A DNA stretch of 64,000 bases, from NCBI GenBank assembly GCA_951406725.2, contig OX597830.1, positions 38,006,001 to 38,070,000 on the forward strand. The letters run 5' to 3'. The translations under genes and the position numbers were made by a program. The notes beneath the pieces were generated by a model. It ran no database searches and had not been told where the DNA came from. It saw only the letters and a program-made list of their open reading frames with translations. Of this stretch, positions 1-12,945 are shown one piece after another. This DNA comes from Octopus vulgaris. Taxonomy: Eukaryota. Position 1 is the first letter of the stretch. Every line of letters begins with the position of its first letter.

Positions 1-537
1 GGATCTGTGTCATTCTACTGACAAAGATTCAATGAAATTATTTGCTTCTCTACTGAGCCTTGCAAGAGGATGGGCAGATTAATCGTGATATAGATTTTAG
101 CAAATTTGTTTATATTTTAGAAAGAAGTACAATCAATCCAGTGGTCTTCTAAACAGTTCCGTCTACGCAAATTTACCCAGAAGTTCTGGGCCGATTTGAT
201 ATTTTTTGGTTAAGTTGCCAAATATTCTGGTTAAACGATGGTGTGTATATACTAAAGTTAAAATTTGGTTTAGAAAGAAATAGGAATTGACTACCCAAAT
301 CATGCATTAGTGTATATTATTGATTCAGACAGGAACATTTCTAAGATGCAAGAAGTGATTCAGACCATTGCGCACAACAGTACTAATGATCGAATAATCG
401 TTTTACGTTCTCTAAGCGAAAAACCCACTTTAACTAAATATGCCTTACATATTTATGTATGTCTATATATATGCAAGAATGGATACATATGTGTGCGTGC
501 GTATCTCTCTCTCTATTAATCTATGTATCTATCTATG

Positions 538-600
<63 letters not shown>

Positions 601-639
601 GTATCTAATATCTTGCTAGATAACTAATTTATTTATGTA

Positions 640-812
640 TATGGGTTGGTGCATAATTATTAGGCTCTTTACAACAAATTTTATTCAACGAAAATAATAA
701 GAACATGTAAAAACAAACATCTTTAAATGGTTATTCCGGAGCATATTCAGCATCTACTTCAATTACTGCTTCCCATTTGCTTGGCAGACGGTCAGACCGT
801 CATTTAAAGATG
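640..812 (-). mobile_element. mariner transposon 3' remnant
   Basis: Minus strand reads DRLPSKWEAVIEVDAEYAPE* (mariner transposase C-terminus), followed by a TIR-like end tatgggttggtgcataattatt. Confidence 0.75.
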
Positions 813-874
813 TTTTAGTTAAATATTGTTATTGTTTTTGTTGAAGAAAATTTGTTGAAAAAAAATATTATTTT

Positions 875-1312
<438 letters not shown>

Positions 1313-1317
1313 GTGTG

Positions 1318-1371
<54 letters not shown>

Positions 1372-2052
1372 TTAATTATATCAAAGGGAAATGGAAGTTA
1401 ATTAAAATTTACATTACCAATGGACAACCGTGTAAGAAAACTTAGTCAAAAAGACTATATATTAGTCATACGATATAGTGTGTATTTAAACACATAAGGA
1501 ATCGACTTATAGGGATTCTACACGCTAGAAAGAACAGCTAGGTTCTATAACCACAAAAATAAGGGATAAAATTCGACAGGAATGAATTTAGAAATAAAAA
1601 AACTTTTAGTCTTCTGGAGCAATTGGTTTCTGATCTTATTTTAGTGAATTAAGGAGACCTCACTAGGTTTGATCGTCCTCAGCAGTTCCAACCTAGAGTT
1701 AAACGTATACACAGGGAACAATCAAAACTACTTGTCTTATGTTTATAAGCCCTAATCTTTTCAAAATTAACTGCGCAGTTGCAGTCTTTCACTGACCTTA
1801 ATAAAAACCGCCAACTTTTAAAACAGATAATTATCCAAAGGCTTACAGTATTTAATCATATCAAAGGGAAATGGAAATTAATTAAAATTTACATTTCCAG
1901 TAGTTTAACGTGTTAGAAAATTTAGTCAAAAAGACTATATATTAGTCATACGATATAGTGTATATTTAAACACAGAAGGAATCCACTTGTAGGGATTCTA
2001 CACGCTAGAAAGAATTGTATCCCTAATTTTTGTGGTTATAGAACCTAGCTGT
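1372..2052 (-). mobile_element. Penelope-like pseudo-LTR remnant (partial direct repeat plus short inverted piece) with degenerate hammerhead
   Basis: 1372-1533 is repeated at ~1852-2015 (period ~480 bp), followed by an inverted copy of ~1536-1570. Minus strand 1686-1614 reads ctg CTGAGGA c gatc..gatc a GAAA ccaattg c TC cag. Abuts (TA)n. Confidence 0.6.
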
Positions 2053-2861
2053 GCTATAACCACACACACATGCCTCTATTCGTCCCTGTCTCTGTTCTTC
2101 CTTGTTTCTTTTCTTCCTTGTCTCTATTACTCAGGATACTCATGCTGTAAGGAGGTGGTAGAGCAAGCAAGAGGGATCTGTTTAGTTGGGACACTGATAT
2201 GGCTACGCCTCTAATGGTGTGTATCTATGTATATCATTTAGTATACACCTGTTTTAGATTAAAGGTATTGGTATTTCATATCTCTGAAATACAATGGTCG
2301 GACTCACTTGTATAGCACGCCGTGTATTTCCAAGCAATGATTTAAATTCAAACTGCAACTCGGTTGTTTTATAAGAAAAGAGAGAAAGTACAAGAAAACA
2401 CGAGTGGAAATAACTGAAAGAAATATATGGAACGAGAAGACAAATAAAAAGAAATATGGAGCTAAAGGAACAAAGATTTGTGTTCCTATATAATTCAGAT
2501 TCCATAGAATCGGGAATGATATGGTTGTTGTGATTCACTAAGTGTGGGAAGGTTAATGCTTGTAAAGACTGAATACTGAATATGTTTTAGCTCGATAATA
2601 GACACACGTCGTACAGCTAACGTTTAAGGAAATTCTCAGATCTTTGGGTTCAGTAATAGATCAGGTTTAAACAGGATTAGATAACTTTCGACTAAACAAA
2701 GCAAGCACTTCTCAAATCCATTAACTTACGATGTGGCGTGTTTAACGTTGCTGTTCTGCGTGGTATCCTATTGACATACAGTTCGTAGATACGTCTAACT
2801 TCGAGGTTTTCTTCTTATCAACTTATCACGAAGAAGACTGCTAGCTGAGATGCCTTTAAAC

Positions 2862-2916
<55 letters not shown>

Positions 2917-3959
2917 CCTATCTATCTATATGTCTGTCTGTCGGTCGGTCTGTCTCTGCGAGCGTGTGTATCTGTATATAAACGTGAGCTGAATACCCTA
3001 CCCTCTAAGCCATGCGCCTCCATATTTATGCGACAATATGAACACACTCCAATACATAAAATATTTAGTTGGCTTTTTAATGCGGCATTCCCCGCTGTAT
3101 ATTGACTATTATATTGCTTTATATTGCTCACGAATACTTAATGTGTCTGGATTGCTTTGATACTACAAAAACATTTTGAAGGCCCCTGACATACGTCTTT
3201 AAGTATTTTCCTGTTATTTGTTTACGTTTTTATAGAATCTAATTTATTCTTTCTTCGCAAGTGAGCAATAGATTGGTTGTGCGTGTGGTTGCCTATAATT
3301 TTCCAAAGATATAATTAAAATCATTTTTATGTTTACGCGTAGTATTCATTTATATTTTTTGAAAGAATGAATCACATATGCATACCTAAATTTTTAAAGT
3401 CAATATAATTTCCAAAATATTCGTGCACAAATGCCTTCTTTTTTATGTCCAATACTTCTTGTCATTATATATTTCTGAACGAAAGAACGATCCATAATAC
3501 GAAATTACAGAAGACTCAACATTATCAAATAAGACAACTATCGAGCATGAATTGAACGGTTTGTGTCTTTTGTTGAATTTTCTTCCCATTTAACTCTATC
3601 GTATAATGGCGACTCTTTATAATGTGCATGACAGCACTTATTGTTGCTATAGCTTTATAACATCAAGACGATTCTAAGCAATATTTTATAAACAAACAAG
3701 ATAAAACAAGAATTTTATTGTAAAATAGTATATGAATATGAATAATACATTGGGGAATGGTTATAGTATTACAGCACTAAAGTGTGTTAGCGTTCAGTCA
3801 AGCATTCCGTTGGAAATATTACTAATACTGGCTTCAAATATGAAAACAATCAGTTCCGCAGACGACAACGACTGAAGAAAAAATTTGAGAGAAAACGTCG
3901 ATGAATGAATTGTCGTCTAAATTATGCAAAAATGAGAATAACACTGACATCTCATTTTA

Positions 3960-4695
3960 ACAGATATATTTACCAAATTTACATAAAACTATCGTGAAAT
4001 ACTAAAGAGTAAACTCATTCAATTGGCTTCAACCGCGGCCTCTCCTGACGTCTTTGTAATCTCTTGCAATTTTTCTATACGGTCTCCTTGTTTCAGTTGG
4101 TGAATGCTGCCATAATCTTTGCCTTCACTTCATCTTTGGTTTTACAATGATTTTTTTGTTTAGTCTCTCGCTCACCTACGGCCCACACATAATAATCAAG
4201 GGGTTTGCAGTCTGGTGAGTTAGGTAGCCAGATGTTAGGGGTGTTGTGGTTGCAGAAATTGTCTGAAAGCCATGGCATGGTGCAGAGTCCTGTTGCCAGA
4301 CATAGGGTCTTCCAGCAGCCACTCTCTTGTTCGAGGTCAGCAATATGTCCTCCAGGCACTTGATGTAGGCCTCCTTCCTTAGTGTGAGACCATGTGGGAA
4401 TATGAATGGAGGCATAACGTCGCTATCACTGGTGATCACACCAAACACAATGATGTTGACTGGATGTTTGATTTTCATCAATCTCAGTACATGTTTTGGG
4501 GATACGGATTGACACCCAAGATTCTGAAATGTCGTTTCTAAATTTCTGGCATAATGAATTGCCTCAACGTGGTGTTTTCCTCACAGACAGTGTCCAACCA
4601 CACTATTATACTGTGTAGTCGACAAAATCAAAAAGTAGACAATACGCATGCGTGAAATCAAAAATATATAACGGCGAAAATTTACCCATCGCAGG
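3960..4695 (-). mobile_element. Tc1/mariner superfamily (maT/DD37D-like) transposon remnant, internally deleted
   Basis: ORF fragments KHPVNIIVFGVITSDSDVMPPFIFPHGL, YVWQQDSAPCH and IWLPNSPDCKPLDYYVW match the maT-type DDD catalytic domain; frameshifted. Confidence 0.85.
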
Positions 4696-4751
4696 CTCTC
4701 TCTCTCACTCACTCTCTCTCTCGCTGTACACACACATATATATATATATAT

Positions 4752-5482
4752 AATTATAAATTAAGGTATCTACGAGATACCACCATGCTGAAATAGTAGC
4801 CATGAACTGACTCTAAAACCACCTTAAGTTTTCATATAGTAACATGGAGACAAGATGAAACTAGTAAAAATTTACTGGATAATTCTTGATCCCGGATTTC
4901 TGACTTTGCATTTAGAAATGTTTTGCCTCGTCAGTAGAATACACTCAGAAAGAAACATAAATATATATATATATATATAAATATATATATATATGTAAAT
5001 ACAACACACGAATACTTACATATACGAATGTATACATATATATACACGTATGCATTATCCAGAGATTTTTTAATAGTTTCATCTTGTCCCTTTGTCTTTT
5101 CTCCATACTGCTATATGAAAACTTAAGGTGGTTTTAGAGTCGGCCCATGGCTGCTATTTGAACTAGCCTTGATGCATACGGACATATATATGTATGTATA
5201 CGTTCGTAGATGTAATTATTCGTATGTTGTATTTATAAATATATATACTTATGTTTCTTTCTGAGCGTATGCTACTGACGAGGCGAGGCATTTCTAAATG
5301 CAAAGCCAGAAATCCGCGATCTAGAATTATCCAGTAATTTTTTACTAGTTTCATCTTGTCTGTTTCTCTTTTCTCCATGTTGCTATATGAAAACTTTTTT
5401 TTAAAACTGTGGTTTTAAGAGTCGGTTCATGCCTGCTATTTTCAGCATGGTGGTATCTCGTAGATACCCTAATTTATAATTT
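4752..5482. mobile_element. Penelope-like inverted pseudo-LTR pair, each arm with a hammerhead-like motif
   Basis: ~4752-4960 is the diverged reverse complement of ~5245-5482, with a partial third copy at ~5053-5165. Hammerhead-like motifs at 4883-4939 (-) and 5270-5326 (+). Confidence 0.65.
5270..5326 (+). ncRNA. Type I hammerhead ribozyme-like motif (variant core)
   Basis: gcta CTGACGA ggc..gcc a GAAA tc cgc ga TC tag. Stem I cta/tag, stem II ggc/gcc, short stem III, AUC cleavage triplet, and an extra A before GAAA. Confidence 0.55.
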
Positions 5483-5585
5483 TAAAAATTATTAAGGTTA
5501 TTTTTTCCATGTTGACCACTTGATAGGTTCGTTATTTTATTTTAAATTAACGACCTTATGCTTATTTATATAAATCTATATATAT

Positions 5586-5880
5586 ATAATTGAAGTTTAA
5601 TATATTTAGTGAAGGGAAGAAATGGAGCTGAACGAAGATTCTACAGAATTCCTTTTATTATTTTCTACACATGTTTCAAAGGCCGCAAATTTCCAAATTC
5701 GGATTGAATAAGGAAACCATTTTGCAGCATTCTCTTCAGGAAAATCCAGGAATTTAAAAATCCAAAACAAATGCGCAGCAAGGTATTCGAAACATGTGTA
5801 GAAAATAATAAAAGGAATTCTGTAGAATCTTCGTTCAGCTCCATTTCTTCCCTTCACTAAATATATTAAACTTCAATTAT
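5586..5880. repeat. Perfect 92-bp inverted repeat (Penelope-like pLTR fold-back)
   Basis: 5586-5677 is the exact reverse complement of 5789-5880; flanked by (TA)n. Confidence 0.9.
5661..5744 (-). ncRNA. Type I hammerhead ribozyme
   Basis: Minus strand: ttttc CTGAAGA gaat-gctgcaaa..tttcc..ggaaa-tttgcggc-cttt GAAA c atgt g TA gaaaa. Stem I ttttc/gaaaa, long stem II, minimal stem III containing palindrome ACATGT, GUA cleavage triplet. Confidence 0.75.
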
Positions 5881-5911
5881 CCGCGCTAAGGCACGGTTGC
5901 GACACCCCAAG

Positions 5912-6013
<102 letters not shown>

Positions 6014-6016
6014 TTT

Positions 6017-6380
<364 letters not shown>

Positions 6381-6515
6381 GTATATATAATTAAGATTCA
6401 GTTCAATAAAGTACTCAAATTGTAGCACCAAGTAAGTCCAATATTATCGGGCTGACTTGAAACGGTCGTACTGCATTACTACTTGATATCCTGATGCTTA
6501 CCTTGATAATTACAT

Positions 6516-6598
<83 letters not shown>

Positions 6599-7924
6599 AT
6601 GTGTGTGTGTATGTATGTCTTTATGTATATGTGTATGTATGTATGTATATACTACGTACAGATATTGTTAGCGTTTTTTAAGAAATATAGGCGAGCAGAG
6701 AACAAGAAAGACATTAGTAAAAGTGAGGGGACAGAGTACTGAATCTGTCGTTGATGTTGTTAAATCGTCCAGAATAAATTTGCTTAGGCAAACTTTAAAA
6801 GATCCCAAATTCTGTTATAGTAAACATAAATCGAATTTCGAGTAACATGCAATACTGAAATATGGAAAAATAAATGCAGATGACCATTGTATTTCATAAT
6901 ATAATACTTGAAACCACCAAGCTGTTTCTATTCTGATAATATAAGCGTATAATTTCATTCCATTTATCTTAGCTACTTCATCTCATATTTATCCTAAATA
7001 CATCGTGATTATCAGTTCTTACTAAGGCATGAGCGAGGGTTTATTTATCTTGACTATGTTTGACAGCTGAATATTCATAGCACTAAACTTTTCTACTATC
7101 GAACCCTAAATATAAAATGTACACTCTTCGATAAGTGAAGGAAAGTTACTGAAAAATTGCGCAGTTATTAAAATATATAAACACAGTACTTTGTCAAATA
7201 CACAATGTTGGTTATTAGATGTCATATTTCTTTAATACTTATTAGAAATGCATATACGCATAGTGTATTCTCAATGATTCCTTTCTGTCGGAGTGTTACT
7301 ACGTGACATGGCCATGGGAGATTATTATTTGAAACTGTAATCTAAAGATGAGTTATCGTAGTGCTTTACTACATATTGCTTGTATTATCTCTATTATATA
7401 ACCGTACAGTTTCCACGTAATACGCGTCTTCAGTTCTTGTCTCTAGCAAAAATACTTCAAAAACATATTAAAAGTTGTAAATTTAACAATGAATAAATGG
7501 TACTTGGAATAGTTTTTTCTTTCTAATTTTCTCTTTGTGGAAAGAAATTTGGTACTGTTTAATGCAAAAGAACCACATATTCCCACATCATAATAGACTT
7601 AATATGAAAATCTTAACACGTTTTGGTGTTGTCGTTTGCGATAATTACAGTAATAACAATTTCAGTTTGAATAAAGCGATGTTTATCTTGGAATAGTATT
7701 ACAGAACTGAACAATCAACTTTTGACATTTGTTACAAAGATATTTTGCAAAGTAATGTGATTATATTGAAAAGTTCGGCGCTGAATGTAATCACTTCACG
7801 TAGACAGAGACAGACACACACACACATACACACACATTCATACACTCACATGCGCGTACACATACTTATATTCATACATACGTACATACATATGTGTATG
7901 TACGCAATACACACACGTACACGC

Positions 7925-7978
<54 letters not shown>

Positions 7979-8213
7979 AAGACATACAGACATGGCAGCC
8001 ATTTGACCATATAGTAATTTGAACGTTATTTTTGCTTTTGATTTTATTTGTATAATGTAGCGACATAGCAATAATTACATATATGTATATATACACACAT
8101 ACATACAAACATACACACATACATACATGCATACATACATATACATACATACATACACATACATACATACATACATACATACATACATACACATACATAC
8201 ATACATACATACA

Positions 8214-8247
<34 letters not shown>

Positions 8248-8811
8248 ACAGCATTGTGAGAGATAAGTATATTCTCTCTAAAAGAAAATAATTATGTTTG
8301 AAATGGGATTTTTCTGTGTATATATCAAGATAACTATAATTTAGCGTTATATATATCGTATGGCCTTATGAACTATGGACGCTGTATTAATATTCACCAC
8401 TATTTCACCACTCTCCCGCTGTATATCTTAACGTCTGTCTGTCTGTTTGTCTGTCTGTCTTCCGTCTGTCTGTATGTCTCTCTCTCTCTCTTCCATCGAT
8501 TCTAATTTCAAATCCTAAATATGTTGAGATCACCATTTCCCATATACATAGAATAAATCAGCATGATATTAATGTGTTGATTTACTCAATTATGATTCCA
8601 TAGTTTACAAATATTTGTGTAAATCTTATGGTCAGAACTTTTGGGAAAGAAAACTTCCTTAGCTCCACTGTGAATAGTCGTGAAGAATTCTAACAACGTT
8701 TTCATATCAGGTGTATTACTCGACTATATCTTTAATCATCAGCAAGAAAGTTCTTTTTGAATTTAATCTTTCTGTCATCCGCAGCTAATGAGTGAGCATA
8801 ACCGTAAAATA

Positions 8812-9216
8812 CATATTTCTTTACTACCCACAAGGGGGCTAAACACAGAGGAGACAAACAAGGACACACAGGCGGATTAAGTCGATTATATCGACCTCAG
8901 TGCGTAACTGGTACTTGATTTATCGACCCCAAAATGATGAAAGGCAAAGTCGACCACGGCGGAATTTGCACTCATAACGTAACGGCAGACGAAACACCTA
9001 TTTCTCTACTACCCACACGGGGCTAAACACAGAGGAGACAAACAAGGACAGACAGGTAGATTAAGTCGATTATATCGACCCCAGTGTGTAACTGGTACTT
9101 AATTTATCGACCCCGAAACGATGAAAGGCAAAGTCGACCTCGGCGGAATTTGCACTCAGAACGTAATGGCAGACGAGATACCGTTGAGTATTTCGCCCGG
9201 CGTGCTAACGATTCTC
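8812..9216 (-). mobile_element. Two tandem SINE copies (second family)
   Basis: ~190-bp unit repeated (..ctggtactt..tttatcgacccc..atgaaaggcaaagtcgacc.cggcggaattt..); same family at ~42120-42290, ~52070-52280 and ~54443-54675. Confidence 0.8.
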
Positions 9217-9883
9217 TAGCGCTATAGTAAACGTGGTTCGATGATGCTGATGTGCTTCCTTACAGACATCTTTGTTGATGAGATGTTGTTCGGTAAAATC
9301 CTAAATACTTACGTTTCTTGCCTATAATGTTCAGTCACTGCAGAGTATGTTTCGCTGTGGCCCATAAAGCTGCATCGGATGGTTTGAGAATTTATTGTTT
9401 ATTTAACGATAGTGGCTAGCTGCCCGAAATTTTCCGTAAGTCTGTCAATATATGTCTGGAGAGAGTAAATACAATAACTGCAGTAAATTTGGGGATTTTT
9501 CATTCCGTTTCATTGTTGTTTATCTGTCACCCCATATGGTAATTTTTCATATGTAATTGTTGGTTAATGTAGATAGGGAATAATTGGTTGAATTTTCTTT
9601 TTGTTAAGATTTCTTTCAATTTTTTGCGTTCATCCTCCAGTTCCGTTTATTCATATTCAATTACAGCTCACTCAATATAAGAACATTTTCGTTCAAGTTT
9701 TTGTTGTTATCACATCCATCATCATCCATATTGTTTACGATTCTTTCGAGAGAAGTATTCAGTAATCTCGTCAATCTGGCATTTGATTTTGATTCTGATA
9801 GATTTGAATGACGACAGACATGTGTTTTCCTGAACGAAATTTTTGTGGTTTTGGCCCTGAAGTTAATGTAGTCGGTTCAAACT

Positions 9884-9963
9884 TTGTGCTCCAATAACTA
9901 TTGGTATGAATATGAATTCATAGTCTGGATATATAAGCTGCAGGTTTCGAAGCAGTTGTCCAT
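9884..9963 (-). mobile_element. Fragment of RLE-type (R2/R4 group) non-LTR retrotransposon endonuclease C-terminus
   Basis: Minus strand GQLLRNLQLIYPDYEFIFIPIVIGA, matching the PIVIGALG motif at the end of the restriction-like endonuclease; the 5' end abuts (CATA)n. Confidence 0.7.
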
Positions 9964-10976
9964 ATGTATGCATGCATGTATGTATGTATGTATGTATGTA
10001 TGTATGTATGTATGTATGTATGTATGTATGTATGTATGTATGTGTATTTATGTATGTATGTGTATGTATATATGTATGTATTCATGTATTTATGTGTGTG
10101 TTTGTATAGTTATATATTGGCCTATATATGAATATTTTCCAATAACGTTTCGTATGTATATGTTTTTGTGGTTAGTATATCACCAATGTTATCGAAAAAC
10201 AATTTACCCGCTGACTGTTATGGCCACCGTAAATAACCACTCCATGAAAATGTCTGTTTTTCTTTTCATTCCTTCTTGATTTGCATCTCTCAATGCTTTT
10301 TGCATTTATTCACTCATAGTCTTATTTCACACACACACTCTCTCTCTCTCAAACTCACTTCGTTATCTCTCTCCAGCCTGTCCTCTCTCTCCCACCATAT
10401 TATCCCACACATGCACATGAACAATTTAAACGCAATTTCCTTAATTTTTCCTATCTACTCCTATAACTGTGTTCTCTGCACACAATGTCTTCGTCTAAAG
10501 ACGTTCTACATAAGAAAAGGAATTTCTTCGGTAGGTTAATCGCTGTTCTTCAAAGGACATACAAAATTAAGAGATTGACAGTAAGAATGAAGATAGAATT
10601 TGCTGACGTAGCATGTACTACTCACTGGGGATTCTCAGCCAAACTGATACGTACAAACACTAATTACAAACGTATACACGTGCTCATACAAATATATACA
10701 CGTTTATTCGCGCAAGCACATGATAGAGTATATGTGTATGCATTGGCACCAAAATAAAACTAAGATTCTTATTATCCTTTTTTGATGTATTTTCAGAAAG
10801 ATCTGCTATTATCTGTCAGTTCAACATACATGTCGCAGATTATATGTGTTTCGAAGCTAAGTGTATGTTTCTTTCCTCTGACGTCTAATGGTTTCATAAT
10901 ATGACAAAATAACGACTTTTCGTTTTTCGTACAACTCAATATTAGACAGTTGTACTTCAAGCCATATAGGAAACGC

Positions 10977-11023
<47 letters not shown>

Positions 11024-11324
11024 TAGATAAAACTTAGATATGTTTCGACCAGAGATTGGTCCAGGCCATGTCTAACTTAATAGCACCACCTGATAGGATT
11101 ATTCGAATCCTGTTTAGTCAAGTTTTGTTCAAGTAGTGAGTTCTTGTTGGGTGAGTTGTATCCAATTATGGGTGGCTTGTCTGGTATTCTTTGAAGGAAT
11201 CCATCCAGACTCTGTTTGAAGTTGATTAATTGGTTGATTTTTTTGTTGAGTCTTTTGATGCGCCTGATGAGTGTTTTTTTCTTTTTAGGGAGCCGGTTTC
11301 TGTTTGTGTTAGTAGATTTCTTTT

Positions 11325-11374
<50 letters not shown>

Positions 11375-12039
11375 TGTCAAGAATCTGTTACATGCGAATA
11401 CGTAATCCATGTTTTCTTGCTAACTTTCATTGCTTCTAGTAAAACACTATCCATTATACAATAAATCTTCGATCGCCATTTGGCATGAAAGCTATAATCG
11501 TTTTTGTTCATTCATCTTCTTTTTCTCATTCATCATATATCCTGTAATAAAATGTGATTAATTCCATCGCTTTAGGGGTAATTTTGGTCATGTGCAAAAT
11601 GTTTCCATCTCATATCTCAATTTTAATAAATTATTAGCAAAGCTATTAATGAGATTGATGTCAAATACGAATATTTAAACATTATATGCTTCATTACTTT
11701 GAAGTGGGCAATTTCAATTTTACTTCCTGATGTTATCCGAATATTCTATTGCAATTGAAGACTAGATCACATATATTCTTGTAATATGTAACTATAGGCT
11801 ATGTAAACCATGCATTTCCTTAATGATACTACGGCTGGTTAAATTACGTTTTGCTTATTCCGTTATTGAGTTTCCTTTAGTAATATATATATGCCCAACT
11901 TACTATTATTATTAATTTTTTTTCGGGTTTCGTCTTCTGCTAAAGGCTTTCAACGCAGTACCAAACTACGTAACGTGTTAAATCTACCACCAAAACATCC
12001 TGTTGGGGATATTTTTTGTTTTATTTATGCGCGCTTTTC

Positions 12040-12146
12040 AACCCTAGTCAGGCTCATGTGCCCGGTTTCCTAGTTTCTGTGGCGTATGTGTCCCCCCGCC
12101 AGCTGGACGGGATGCCAGTCCATCGCAGCGTTACTCAAGAAACAGG

Positions 12147-12197
<51 letters not shown>

Positions 12198-12364
12198 ATG
12201 GGACGAAAGAGTGCAACAGGAGTCACCACCACACCGTGCCGTTGCCTTGTGGAGTTTTAGGTGTTTTCACTCAATAAACATACACAACGCCCGGTCTGGG
12301 GAATCGAATCCGTGATACTTCGATCACGAGTCCGCTGCCCTAACCACTGAGCCACTGCGCCTCC
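12040..12364 (-). mobile_element. tRNA-derived SINE with internal (GA)n
   Basis: Reverse complement of head ggaggcgcagtggctcagtggttagggcagcggactcgtgatc..; same head as the 25539 copy. Confidence 0.85.
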
Positions 12365-12689
12365 ACTTGGTGATATATAAACTCAGAAAGAAAAGCACCT
12401 GGAAATATACCTCAGGGCGTTCAATTCCAGATTCTTATAGATTCAGCAACCTGTCATCGGGAACTGGTGACCCAGAAGGAATAAAGTGCAATGTTGACGT
12501 CTGCAGGATTTGAGTTCAAAGGGTTTATCACAATGGATGGGACAGAAAGCAGAACGCCAAAACAAAATACTGCACATACTTAAGACGTTCTATAGTGTGA
12601 TAAGAGAACGCAATGTATCAATCGCAATTAAACCGCAAAGAGCTATCAAAGTTGCTCCTTTTCTATCTCCATCGCATCTTCCGCTCTCA

Positions 12690-12825
12690 CCTCCTCCTAC
12701 TACTACTACATCTACTACCACCACCACCACCACCACCACCACCACCACCACCACCACCACCACTACTACTACTACTACTACTGCAACCACTGATGCTGCT
12801 GCTGCTACCGCTTCTGCTGCTGCTG

Positions 12826-12868
<43 letters not shown>

Positions 12869-12945
12869 AGTAGCAGCGTCAGTTCAGGCAGCAACAATAC
12901 CAGCGACAACAACAGCAGCAGCAACAACATCATTGATGATGATAA
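12690..12945. repeat. Compound trinucleotide microsatellite (CTA/CCA/CTG/CAG)n
   Basis: Directly visible runs. Confidence 0.95.
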
